Part shown: in pieces, positions 14,735 to 23,144 of the stretch | Position numbering within the stretch: the first letter of the stretch is position 1 | Layout: each line of letters starts with the position of its first letter | Source of the DNA: Gracilibacteraceae bacterium | Lineage (GTDB): Bacteria > Bacillota > Desulfitobacteriia > Desulfitobacteriales > Syntrophobotulaceae | Assembly (NCBI GenBank): GCA_031255985.1 | Contig: JAIRRL010000198.1 | Location: forward strand, 1-23,144 | DNA: 23,144 bases | Reading direction: 5' to 3' | The notes under the pieces: model-generated | The model's input: only the letters and a program-made list of their open reading frames with translations | Database searches by the model: none | Told to the model about the DNA's origin: nothing | Translations under genes and position numbers: made by a program

Positions 14735-16489
14735 TCAGTTTTCCGCCCACATATCCGCCGACAGGCAGTACAGGCGGTAATAAACGCCGCGGCGCGCCAT
14801 CAGTTCGTCATGGCTGCCCTGTTCTTCAATGCCGTTTTCCGTTAAAACCAGAATAATTCTGGCGTTGCGAATCGTCGTCAGCCGGTGGGCAATAGTAAAG
14901 GTTGTGCGTCCTTTGGCAAGTTTTTCCAGCGACGACTGTACCTGGCGCTCGCTTTCGTTGTCCAAAGAAGATGTAGCCTCGTCCAGAATGAGGATAGGCG
15001 GATTTTTCAAAAAAGCGCGCGCGATGCTGACGCGCTGCTTCTGCCCGCCGGAAAGGCGCACCCCTCTTTCTCCCACATAAGTGTCGTATCCCTGGGGCAA
15101 AGCGGCGATAAACTCGTGCGCCCCGGCCTGTTCCGCGGCCGCGCGCACTTCCGCCGGCGAGGCTCCCGGTTTGCCGTAAGCGATATTTTCCGCCACAGTG
15201 CCGGAAAACAGGTAAATATCCTGCTGCACCACCCCTATATGCGAGCGCAAGGAGTGCAGCGTGTAGGAGCGAATATCCTCCCCGTCCAGCCGAATAGCGC
15301 CGGCGCTGACGTCATAAAAACGCGGAATAAGGCTGCACAGCGTCGTTTTGCCGCTGCCGGAGGAACCAACCAGAGCTACGTTTTCACCGGGCGCCACATG
15401 CAGATTGATATTCGAGAGGACATCCCGCTCGTTTTCGTTATAGTGAAAACTCACCTCGTCAAAATCCACCGCGCCGCGCACCTGAGTGAGGGCGACCGCG
15501 CCGGGCGCGTCTTTAATATCAGGTTCGGCGTCCATTATTTCGATGAAACGTTCCACGCCCGTCATCCCGCGCTGAAACTGTTCGGTGAATTCCACTATCC
15601 GCCGGATTGTCGCCAGCAAAGTCGTCACATACAGAAGATAAGCCACCAGATCCGCCGGTTCGATGCGACCGCCAATCATGAACAGAGCGCCGGCCACCAC
15701 CACAGCCAAATACATCAGGCCGTCAAAAGCGCGGGTCATCGTCTGGAAGCCCGCCATATAGCGGTATTGCTCCCGTTTGATATTCAGAAATTCCTCGTTG
15801 CCTTCCTCGAACTTTTCTTCTTCCAAGTGTTCGTTGGCAAAGGCTTTGACGACGCGAACCCCCAGCAGGCTGTCCTCGACGCGGGCGTTGATTTCCCCGA
15901 TCTGATTGCGCGATTTTTTGAAAGCGCGGCGCATCCGGCGGTTGAAATATAAAGCGCCGATGAACATGAAGGGCAAGGTGAGGAAGATGATCAGCGTCAG
16001 AGTCAAGTCCATCGTGGACAGAATGGCAAAGGCGGCCGTCAGTTTCAGGACGGCGATAAAAAATTCTTCCGGACAGTGGTGAGAAAATTCGGTCACGTCA
16101 AAGAGATCGCTGGTCACTCTGGCCATAATCTGACCGATTTTCATATTGTCAAAAAAAGAATAGTTCATCCGCTGCAAATGGGTGAACAAATCGCGGCGCA
16201 TGTCCGTCTCTATTCGCGCCCCCATGACATGGCCGATATTGGCCATATAATAATTGGCAAAAGCGTCAATTACGCGCAGAACCAGGTACAGCCCGCCCAG
16301 AGTGAATATGGAGCGCGCCGTCAGCGCGGCCAGATTGCGCATGCCCGTGTCGGTAATATACCGGACGATCAGGGGAAGCGCCAGTTCGCATACTGTCGTC
16401 AGGGCGGCGCAAAAAAGATCCATCGCCAGAACGGCGCGGTATTTTTTATAGTACGGCAAAAAACGCCGCAATAAACCCATCGTTTTCAA
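14735..16489 (-). CDS. ABC transporter, fused permease/ATPase exporter (MsbA/lipid or multidrug-exporter type)
   Basis: Six-TM N-terminal half. Walker A GSSGSGKTT. ABC signature LSGGQKQRVSIARA. Walker B ILILDEATSSLD. H-loop AHRL. TTG start. Confidence 0.85.
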   Translation of the reverse strand: MKTMGLLRRFLPYYKKYRAVLAMDLFCAALTTVCELALPLIVRYITDTGMRNLAALTARSIFTLGGLYLVLRVIDAFANYYMANIGHVMGARIETDMRRDLFTHLQRMNYSFFDNMKIGQIMARVTSDLFDVTEFSHHCPEEFFIAVLKLTAAFAILSTMDLTLTLIIFLTLPFMFIGALYFNRRMRRAFKKSRNQIGEINARVEDSLLGVRVVKAFANEHLEEEKFEEGNEEFLNIKREQYRYMAGFQTMTRAFDGLMYLAVVVAGALFMIGGRIEPADLVAYLLYVTTLLATIRRIVEFTEQFQRGMTGVERFIEIMDAEPDIKDAPGAVALTQVRGAVDFDEVSFHYNENERDVLSNINLHVAPGENVALVGSSGSGKTTLCSLIPRFYDVSAGAIRLDGEDIRSYTLHSLRSHIGVVQQDIYLFSGTVAENIAYGKPGASPAEVRAAAEQAGAHEFIAALPQGYDTYVGERGVRLSGGQKQRVSIARAFLKNPPILILDEATSSLDNESERQVQSSLEKLAKGRTTFTIAHRLTTIRNARIILVLTENGIEEQGSHDELMARRGVYYRLYCLSADMWAEN

Positions 16490-16516
16490 TTTGGAACCTT
16501 TGCGGTAGGACTAAGA

Positions 16517-18526
16517 CTAAGGAACCAGGAAAGGGGCGATGATCAGGGAAATCGTGCCCATAACCTTGATCAGGGCGTTAAGGGAAGGCCCGGAGGTATC
16601 CTTGAACGGATCGCCTACCGTGTCGCCCACTACCGCCGCTTTATGCGCTTCCGAGCCTTTGCCGCCGTGATGTCCTTCTTCGATATATTTCTTCGCGTTG
16701 TCCCAGGCGCCGCCGGCGTTAGCCATGAACACCGCCATGAGGAAACCGGCAAAAGTGCCGCCGGCTAACATGCCGCCCAAAGCTTCTCTTCCGAGCAGGA
16801 AACCCACGGCCAGCGGCGTCAGCACCGCCAGAAGACCGGGAATGATCATCTCGCGAATTGCCGCCCGCGTGGAAATATCGACGCAAGCCGCGTAATCCGG
16901 CTTGCCGGTTCCTTCCATAATGCCGGGGATTTCCCGGAACTGGCGGCGCACTTCCCCGATCATGTCAAAAGCGGCCTTGCCCACGGCTTGCATGGCATAG
17001 GCGGAAAAAAGAAAGGGGAGAGCGGCGCCGACAAAAAGGCCGATGATCGTCGTCGAGTTCAGGATGTCGATATTTTTTATCCCCGCCAGTTCGGCGTAGG
17101 CGTGAAAGAGCGCGAGAGCCGTCAGCGCCGCCGAACCGATGGCGAAACCTTTCGCCACCGCCGCCGTCGTGTTGCCCACCGCGTCCAGTTTATCCGTTGT
17201 TTTGCGCACACTCGGCTCCAGCTCCGCCATTTCCGCGATGCCGCCCGCGTTGTCCGCCACCGGGCCGAAGGAGTCTATGGCCACGACGATGCCGGCGGTT
17301 GAGAGCATGGCCATCGCCGCCATGGCGATGCCGAAAACCCCCGCCGCCCAAAAAGCCGCGTAAGTGGCGGCGCAAATGGTCAGAACCGGCAGAGCCGTGC
17401 TTTTGAGACCGACGGCCAGACCGGAGATCAAGACTGTCGCCGCGCCGGTTTCCGCTGATGCGGCTATCGACTGGGCCGGTTTTTTCTGATTGGAGGTAAA
17501 ATGTTCCGTGATCAGGCCGATGAGAATGTTGACGACCAGACCGCAAACGATAGCGATAAACACGCCGTTAGGCGTGAGTACCAGGCCGGATTCCGTCACG
17601 AACTCGGCCGGCAGCATCAGATGAACGAGAGCGAACGCGCCGGCGGCCGTCAGGATATTGGTTCCCCATAAGCCTTGATTCAGCGCCATTTGCGGATTGG
17701 CATTTTCGCCGGTGCGCACAAAAAAGCTGGCGATAATCGAGCTGACGAGACCGACGGCTCCTATAGCCAGGAAAAGCCATTCGCCGACGCCCGCGCCGCG
17801 GAAAACGGAATAACCGATGAGCATACCGGCGATTGTCGTCGCGGCGTATGATTCAAAAAGATCGGCGCCCATGCCGGCCGTGTCGCCGACATTATCGCCG
17901 ACATTATCGGCGATAACCGCCGGATTGCGCGGGTCGTCCTCCGGGATGCCCGCCTCGACCTTGCCTACCAGATCAGCGCCCACATCGGCCGCTTTCGTGT
18001 AAATGCCGCCGCCCACGCGGGCGAACAGGGCGATGGCGCTGGCGCCGAAAGCGAAGGAATTGATCGTTTCCGCGCTATTGAAAAGCATGAACAGGCCGGC
18101 CACGCCCAAAAGCCCCAGACCGGCCACGGAAAGACCCATGACAGCGCCGGCGCGGAACGAAACGCCCAGCGCTTTGTTCAGGCTGGAGCGGGCGGCTTCA
18201 GTCGTGCGCGCGTTAGCGCGCGTGGTGATGGACATGCCGACATAACCGGCAAGGGCGGAGGCGGCGGCGCCGCTCAGAAAAGAAACCGCGGCCTGCCAGT
18301 TTTTGGCAAAAAACAGCACAAGAAAAATCACCAGGACAAAGGGGATCAATGTTTTATACTGGCGGTTCAGATAGGCCATCGCCCCTTCCTGAATCGCTTT
18401 GGAAAGCTCTTTCATCTTGTCGTTGCCGGCGCTTTCCTTCAGGACGCCGGCGGCAAATCCGCCCGCGACCGCCAGACCGGCCACGCCGACGACGACCGCT
18501 ATCAAAGGTGTTGACTCGAACCCCAT
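16517..18526 (-). CDS. hppA: Membrane-bound K+-stimulated-type proton/sodium-translocating pyrophosphatase
   Basis: Motifs [21 protein letters not shown] and [28 protein letters not shown] carries Ala at the K+-dependence position rather than Lys. 669 aa, highly hydrophobic. GGAGG RBS. Confidence 0.9.
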   Translation of the reverse strand: MGFESTPLIAVVVGVAGLAVAGGFAAGVLKESAGNDKMKELSKAIQEGAMAYLNRQYKTLIPFVLVIFLVLFFAKNWQAAVSFLSGAAASALAGYVGMSITTRANARTTEAARSSLNKALGVSFRAGAVMGLSVAGLGLLGVAGLFMLFNSAETINSFAFGASAIALFARVGGGIYTKAADVGADLVGKVEAGIPEDDPRNPAVIADNVGDNVGDTAGMGADLFESYAATTIAGMLIGYSVFRGAGVGEWLFLAIGAVGLVSSIIASFFVRTGENANPQMALNQGLWGTNILTAAGAFALVHLMLPAEFVTESGLVLTPNGVFIAIVCGLVVNILIGLITEHFTSNQKKPAQSIAASAETGAATVLISGLAVGLKSTALPVLTICAATYAAFWAAGVFGIAMAAMAMLSTAGIVVAIDSFGPVADNAGGIAEMAELEPSVRKTTDKLDAVGNTTAAVAKGFAIGSAALTALALFHAYAELAGIKNIDILNSTTIIGLFVGAALPFLFSAYAMQAVGKAAFDMIGEVRRQFREIPGIMEGTGKPDYAACVDISTRAAIREMIIPGLLAVLTPLAVGFLLGREALGGMLAGGTFAGFLMAVFMANAGGAWDNAKKYIEEGHHGGKGSEAHKAAVVGDTVGDPFKDTSGPSLNALIKVMGTISLIIAPFLVP

Positions 18527-18562
18527 GATTTACCTCCAGAACTGATTATTTGCGGGAACCGG

Positions 18563-18793
18563 TCAGCGGCCGAAGAGGGACAAGGCAAGCGAACTGGCCA
18601 GAAAGACGACGGCGAAAACAATGCCCAGTTTGGATATGGCGCCTTCTTTGCTTTTCGCGGCCTTACCGAAAAACTGCTCGCCCGCGCCGGCGATGGAGCC
18701 GGAAAGTCCGGCGCTCTTGCCGGATTGGAGCAAAACCGTAACGATAATTCCTATCGAACTGATGATGAGCAGTATTACGATAAATAAATTCAT
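18563..18793 (-). CDS. secG: Preprotein translocase subunit SecG
   Basis: MNLFIVILLIISSIGIIVTVLLQSGKSAGLSG…, with two TM helices and a Gly-rich middle. Start moved to the second ATG (an AAAGGG RBS lies 8 nt upstream), so the track's MERVTS extension is not used. Confidence 0.8.
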   Translation of the reverse strand: MNLFIVILLIISSIGIIVTVLLQSGKSAGLSGSIAGAGEQFFGKAAKSKEGAISKLGIVFAVVFLASSLALSLFGR

Positions 18794-18874
18794 GGATGTC
18801 ACCCTTTCCAATTAAAATATCAGTAAACTTTAATATAACACAATCCGCTCTATTAATCAATTTAATTTAGATTT

Positions 18875-19816
18875 TTATTTTTTGCGCAGCACGGTTTCCC
18901 TGACCGCCGCCGCCACCGCTTCCGCCGTCAGGCCGTATTTGGCCAGCAGCGCCTCCGGTTTGCCCGACTCGCCGAAACTGTCGCGCACGCCGACGCGGGC
19001 GAGCGGAACCGGACAGCCCTCGGCCAGCGTTTCCGCCACGGCGGAACCCAGGCCGCCGATGACGCTGTGTTCTTCCGCCGTCACCACCGCCCCGGCGCGG
19101 GCGGCCCAGACGAGCAAAGTTTCCGCGTCCAGCGGCTTGACGCTGGATCCGTTCAGCACCGCCGCCGCTATGCCTTCCGCCGCCAAGGTCTCCGCCGCCC
19201 GGAGCGCCGGCGCCAGCATCAGGCCGTTCGCGACGATCGCTACGTCCCGCCCTTCGCGCAATACGTTCATCCGGCCGACGGCGAAACGGTAATTTGAATC
19301 AAATAGCGCCGGCACAGCCGGCCGCCCAAGACGGAGGTAGAACGGCCCGGCGGCGGCGGCCGCCGCCCGCGTGGCCAGACGGGTTTCCGTCGCGTCGGCC
19401 GGAACCAGCACCGTCATATTCGGCACCGCTCGCATCCAGGCGACGTCCTCCAGCGCCTGATGAGAAGCGCCGTCCTCGCCCACGCTCAAACCGGCGTGAG
19501 TGGCGGCGATTTTGACGTTGAGACGGGGATAGGCGATTGAGTTGCGAACCGGCTCCAGCGCCCGTCCGGCGGCAAAAATCGCGAACGTGCTGGCGAAGGG
19601 GATCAGCCCCCCGGCGGCCAGGCCGGCGGCAAACCCCATCATGTCCTGTTCGGCGATCCCCATGTTAAAAAATCGCTCCGGATAAGCCCGCGCGAAAAGA
19701 TTCGTCCTGGTCGAGCCGGACAGATCGGCGTCAAGGACGACGATCCGCGGGTTTTCGGCTCCGAGGGCCAAAAGTTCCTGGCCGTAAGCTTCCCGCGTGG
19801 CGATATGTTCCGTCAT
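18875..19816 (-). CDS. tktB: Transketolase, C-terminal (pyrimidine-binding/transketolase C) subunit
   Basis: MTEHIATREAYGQELLALGAENPRIVVLDADLSGST…FFNMGIAEQDMMGFAAGLA… Its ATG overlaps the TGA of the N-terminal subunit gene (ATGA). The 77-aa Gly/Arg-rich N-terminal extension in the ORF track is an out-of-gene artefact. Confidence 0.85.
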   Translation of the reverse strand: MTEHIATREAYGQELLALGAENPRIVVLDADLSGSTRTNLFARAYPERFFNMGIAEQDMMGFAAGLAAGGLIPFASTFAIFAAGRALEPVRNSIAYPRLNVKIAATHAGLSVGEDGASHQALEDVAWMRAVPNMTVLVPADATETRLATRAAAAAAGPFYLRLGRPAVPALFDSNYRFAVGRMNVLREGRDVAIVANGLMLAPALRAAETLAAEGIAAAVLNGSSVKPLDAETLLVWAARAGAVVTAEEHSVIGGLGSAVAETLAEGCPVPLARVGVRDSFGESGKPEALLAKYGLTAEAVAAAVRETVLRKK

Positions 19817-20634
19817 GCCGCGCCGTCCGCCAGCTCCGCCAGCGCCTGGGCGGCCTGTTCCGCGTTCGGCGCTTTGCCGTGCCATTCGGCCCGATTTTCC
19901 ATAAAGGACACTCCTTTGCCTTTTATCGTCCGCGCCAGCAGCACCGCCGGCTGTTCCCGCGTCCGGCGCGCCGCGGCCAAAGCCGCCAGCAGCGCCGCCG
20001 GATCGTGTCCGTCCACGTCGAAAACCCGCCAGCCGAAAGCCGCCCATTTGGCGTCAAGCGGTTCCGAATTCATCACTTTGGCGGTGGGCCCGTCGATCTG
20101 GAGACCGTTCACATCCACTATCGCCGTCAGATTATCCAGGCGATAATGCGCGGCCGCCATCGCGGCTTCCCAAACCATGCCTTCCGCCGTTTCCCCGTCG
20201 CCCAGCAGCGTGTAAACCCGGTAAGCGCGTCCGGTAACGCGGGCGGCGAGCGCCAGGCCGGCCGCAATGGCCAGACCCTGGCCGAGAGAGCCGGTGGAAG
20301 CGTCCACCCCCGGTATTTTGAGCATATCCGGATGGCCCTGCAGCCTGCCGTCAACGCGGCGCAGCTCCGTCAGCTCCGACCGGGGAAAATAGCCCCGCTC
20401 CGCCAGAACGGCGTAAAGAGCGGGGGCGGCGTGCCCTTTGCTTAACACAAAACGATCCCGCTCCGGATCGTCGGGCCTGGCCGGATCCGCGCGCATTGTC
20501 CCGCCGTAAAGCGCGGCCAAAATATCCGCCGCCGAGAGGGAGCCGCCCGGATGGCCAGAACCCGCCGCCGCCGTCGCCCGGATCACGCCCCGGCGCACCG
20601 CCCGGGCCAGCGCCTTGATTTCCAGTTCGTTCAA
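19813..20634 (-). CDS. tktA: Transketolase, N-terminal (TPP-binding) subunit
   Basis: …GSGHPGGSLSAADILAALYG… and GDGETAEG are TPP-binding motifs. TTG start. Overlaps the galU stop. Confidence 0.85.
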   Translation of the reverse strand: MNELEIKALARAVRRGVIRATAAAGSGHPGGSLSAADILAALYGGTMRADPARPDDPERDRFVLSKGHAAPALYAVLAERGYFPRSELTELRRVDGRLQGHPDMLKIPGVDASTGSLGQGLAIAAGLALAARVTGRAYRVYTLLGDGETAEGMVWEAAMAAAHYRLDNLTAIVDVNGLQIDGPTAKVMNSEPLDAKWAAFGWRVFDVDGHDPAALLAALAAARRTREQPAVLLARTIKGKGVSFMENRAEWHGKAPNAEQAAQALAELADGAA

Positions 20635-21521
20635 GCTTCCGCGTCCTCCAGTCTTTCCCGCAAAGATGAGAGATATTCCAGCATTTCGCGGCGCATATCC
20701 TGCCGGCGCAGAGCTATTTCCACGTTGGTGCGGATGAAACCCATACGGTCGCCCACGTCAAAGTTCTCGCCTTCGATCACGCAGCCGTAAACGGGCTGAA
20801 TCTGGCGTAAACGGCTGATTCCGTCCGTAAGCTGGATTTCGCCGCCCCGTCCCGGCGGCAGCCCTTCCAATATGGAAAATATTTCCGGCGTAAGGATATA
20901 GCGGCCCATAATCGCCAGGCGGGAAGGAGCTTCCGCCGGCGCCGGTTTTTCCACCAGCGACTCGATGACGACTTTGCCGCTCGCCGCCTCCCCCTGCGTC
21001 CGCACTATGCCGTAGCGGGAAACTTCGCTCTCCGTCACTTCCATGAGACCGATCACCGTTTGTTCCGTTTCCGCGAATATTTCCGCCAACTGAGCCAGGC
21101 AGGGCCGTTCTCCCAGCACAAAATTGTCCCCCAGCATCAGGGCGAAGGGGTCGGCGCCGACAAAATTCTTGGCGCAGAGTACGGCGTGGCCAAGCCCCAG
21201 GGGTTCTTTCTGCCTGATGGTGAATATATTTGCCAGCCGGGAGATTTTGTCCACTTCCCGGTACAGATCTTCCTTGCCGCGCTGAACCAAGGTTGTTTCC
21301 AGCTCAAAGGACTTGTCGAAATGATCCATGATCATCGACTTGCCGCGGCCCGTGATGATAAGTATATCCTCAATGCCCGCTTCCAGGGCTTCCTCAACAA
21401 TGTACTGAATTGTAGGCTTGTCCACCACCGGCAGCATTTCTTTCGGCTGCGCCTTTGTGGCCGGCAGGAACCTTGTTCCCAGACCCGCCGCCGGAATGAC
21501 CGCTTTCGTGATCCGGCTCAA
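20631..21521 (-). CDS. galU: UTP--glucose-1-phosphate uridylyltransferase
   Basis: …KAVIPAAGLGTRFLPATKAQPKEMLPVVDKPTIQYIVEEA… The start is placed at a TTG with a GGAGG RBS 6 nt upstream. This TTG overlaps the upstream gene's TGA (TTGA). The track's upstream Arg-rich extension is not used. Confidence 0.8.
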   Translation of the reverse strand: MSRITKAVIPAAGLGTRFLPATKAQPKEMLPVVDKPTIQYIVEEALEAGIEDILIITGRGKSMIMDHFDKSFELETTLVQRGKEDLYREVDKISRLANIFTIRQKEPLGLGHAVLCAKNFVGADPFALMLGDNFVLGERPCLAQLAEIFAETEQTVIGLMEVTESEVSRYGIVRTQGEAASGKVVIESLVEKPAPAEAPSRLAIMGRYILTPEIFSILEGLPPGRGGEIQLTDGISRLRQIQPVYGCVIEGENFDVGDRMGFIRTNVEIALRRQDMRREMLEYLSSLRERLEDAEA

Positions 21522-22693
21522 CCCGCGCCTCCGCCGGAAACGACGAGACCGAGCGTTCCCCATTCGTAATTATTGTAAGCCTGGTAAAAATCGTTATAGG
21601 CGGTTTTATAGGCCGCGTCCGCGTCCTGGAACGCGCTTTTTTCCGACAGATACGCCACTTCAGCCAGCAGGCCGAGCTGGTATTTGAGTTCGGCAAAAGC
21701 AAACTGGCGCTGAGCGGCCGTATGCTTGGAACTCGCCAGATTCAGGGCTTGCTGCTTGTCGATCAAGGTCAGATAGAGTCCGCGCAAATTTTCCTTATAT
21801 CCGGCGCGGGCGTAGGCCATGCCGTGGTCGTCGTCCGCCAGCACGGCGCTGCGGACATCATAGCTGCCGTCGGAATATTTTTCCGCGTCCGCCTCCCAGT
21901 CAAGCCGGGAAACAGAATCGCCGCTGATCACGGGCACCGCGCCGATTTGCATGGCGTGAGCCGCGTCCTGGCCGATATTGACGTTTAACTGCCGGATCAA
22001 AGTGGCCTCGCTGTTGCGGAGCTGCCGCAGCCCGTCGTCGAGTTCCCGCAGCGAGATCTCAGCCAAAGTGACGTCAACTTCGAGATTCATGCCCAACTCC
22101 CGCTGGAGACGGGCGATCGCGAGACCTTTTTCCGCCAGGCCCCTTTTGGCTTCCAGGGCCAGGCGCCGCTCCCGCAGGGAATTATAAGAAATGTAAAGAC
22201 TTTCCATCGCATTGACCATCGTGTCGCCGGCCTTTTCCACACTGAGAGCGGCGGAGTCAAGCTGGCCGGAAACGGAACTCATCGAGGCGGAAAGGCTGGC
22301 GGCCTGCGCCTGGACGGTCGCGATCTGAACACCCAGCAGGACATAAACGTCATAGGCGACTTTGTATACTTCCGTCGATCCCCAGTTTTGTTTGAAACCG
22401 ACGGAACCGTCCGGCAATACCTCGACATAGCCGGCCATAGCTCCCTGCAATTGATTGACCATATTCGCGAAAACCGCTCCCGCGCCGCCGCCACCCGGTA
22501 CATACAGGGAATTCTCAGCGGCGATGAACATGCCGTTGCGGTTGTAGACCAGAGAGGGTATATCCTTGAACTCCAATGCGTCTATTATTTCGGGGTTGGT
22601 ATCCGGCAGTATCTCCACCCTGGCCCAGACGCCCGCCGGCGCCGCCGTCAGCGCGAGCAGGACAACTAACAGCAAGACGATTTTTTTCTTCAT
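21518..22693 (-). CDS. Secreted coiled-coil protein, TolC/outer-membrane-efflux-protein-like
   Basis: Signal peptide MKKKIVLLLVVLLALTAAPAGVWA. Repeated Leu/Ala/Gln-rich alpha-helical segments and a Tyr/Gly-rich C-terminus reminiscent of OEP repeats. Family call is tentative. Start taken at the second ATG. Confidence 0.45.
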   Translation of the reverse strand: MKKKIVLLLVVLLALTAAPAGVWARVEILPDTNPEIIDALEFKDIPSLVYNRNGMFIAAENSLYVPGGGGAGAVFANMVNQLQGAMAGYVEVLPDGSVGFKQNWGSTEVYKVAYDVYVLLGVQIATVQAQAASLSASMSSVSGQLDSAALSVEKAGDTMVNAMESLYISYNSLRERRLALEAKRGLAEKGLAIARLQRELGMNLEVDVTLAEISLRELDDGLRQLRNSEATLIRQLNVNIGQDAAHAMQIGAVPVISGDSVSRLDWEADAEKYSDGSYDVRSAVLADDDHGMAYARAGYKENLRGLYLTLIDKQQALNLASSKHTAAQRQFAFAELKYQLGLLAEVAYLSEKSAFQDADAAYKTAYNDFYQAYNNYEWGTLGLVVSGGGAG

Positions 22694-22748
22694 CAGATTT
22701 GATCCCATTCCTTTCTTGGCCGGGAGGCCGGGACAGAGCCGAAAAAAA

Positions 22749-22839
22749 TGGCGGAGAAGGGGAGATTCGAACTCCCGCAGCGGTCACCCGCTCTAACGGT
22801 TTAGCAAACCGCCCTCTTCAGCCGCTTGAGTACTTCTCC
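22749..22839 (-). tRNA. tRNA-Ser (anticodon GCU) with encoded CCA
   Basis: Minus strand: GGAGAAG-TA-CTCAAGCGGCTGAAGAG-GGCGGT-TTGCTAA-ACCGT-TAGAGCGGGTGACCGCTGCG-GGAGTTCGAATCTCC-CTTCTCC-G-CCA. 7-bp acceptor, long variable arm, canonical T-loop. Confidence 0.85.
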
Positions 22840-22843
22840 GCGC

Positions 22844-22874
22844 ATATTTCCGGAACAACATGTTCCGGAAATAT
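22844..22874. promoter_or_regulatory. 31-bp perfect palindrome (ATATTTCCGGAACA-aca-TGTTCCGGAAATAT) between a TTGCGC-17-TAATAT promoter and the 5' end of tRNA-Ser
   Basis: Read directly: 14-bp arms that are exact reverse complements. A candidate -35/-10 lies on the minus strand at about 22880-22908. Confidence 0.45.
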
Positions 22875-23144
22875 ATTATCACTTTTTCCGGCGCCGCGCA
22901 AGCTATTTTTTGCTTTGGACGCGGTTTTTGGCCCTGGGCGGCCTCACCGGCGGAACCGGGGGCGCGGGACGGCGACATTGAAATTGCGCGCGAAGATCTT
23001 GATATTGGCGGCGGGCTGTGTTAGGACCCGAGTTTGCCAGTTGAAAAGCGAAAACGAAGCGCATTGGTGCTCCGTTTTCGCTGAAATAGCGCGCCTTGGC
23101 CCGGAAACAGCGGGGTTTGCTGGTTTTGAGAAAATGTGACTACT

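Noticed and set aside
13626-14750. 374-aa minus-strand ORF and 355-aa + strand ORF (14885-15952), antisense to the NifK-like gene and the ABC exporter
   Set aside because: Same GC-driven artefact. The sense-strand genes carry clear Walker and nitrogenase motifs, while the antisense translations are Arg/Gly-rich with no motifs.
19816-20047. 77-aa Gly/Arg-rich N-terminal extension of the transketolase C-terminal subunit in the ORF track
   Set aside because: It lies inside the upstream tktA coding region in another frame. The conserved transketolase C-terminal subunit N-terminus (MTEHIATREAYG) begins at the ATGA overlap.
22576-23139. 187-aa + strand ORF, with 22515-22787 and 22793-22978 minus-strand ORFs
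   Set aside because: It overlaps the tRNA-Ser gene and its promoter and palindrome. The translation is Pro/Arg-rich, low complexity, with no RBS.

Overview
The window is GC-rich (~60%) bacterial chromosome, and almost every gene is on the minus strand. TolC-like, transketolase-split and HppA/SecG content suggests an anaerobic diderm such as Synergistetes or Negativicutes; this is inference.

Housekeeping genes: a minus-strand run of a TolC-like outer-membrane protein, galU, a split transketolase (N- and C-terminal subunits), secG and the K+-type membrane pyrophosphatase hppA. There is also an MsbA-like ABC exporter and a tRNA-Ser(GCU).

Three gene sets look unusual:
- A two-gene nitrogenase-like locus (11279-14732, + strand). 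A NifH-like Fe-protein domain is fused in-frame to a NifD/NifE-like domain, followed by a NifK/NifN-like gene. It is driven by a perfect TTGACA-17-TACAAT promoter sitting directly on the ATG, so the transcript is leaderless.
- A minus-strand operon (4619->332): NarI/DsrM/HdrE-like membrane b-type cytochrome, HdrD/DsrK-like CCG iron-sulfur protein, CHVC thioredoxin, a thioredoxin reductase fused to a cysteine-less Trx-like domain, and a 2x[4Fe-4S] ferredoxin. This is a candidate membrane-bound quinol/ferredoxin:thioredoxin disulfide redox module.
- An accessory-looking block (4823-10984): a secreted His/Cys/Tyr-rich small protein with (NYT)n repeats, co-transcribed with an ECF sigma factor and a His-tailed anti-sigma factor; a slipin/SPFH protein; an orphan tRNA 3'-end fragment with flanking direct repeats; a PafBC-like pair of WYL regulators; and a degenerate GIY-YIG-like protein.

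Two CDS ends disagree with the printed line numbering by 1 nt, and one small-feature coordinate computed from line labels appears off by a similar amount. CDS coordinates therefore follow the ORF track, and small-feature coordinates are approximate to +/-2 nt.
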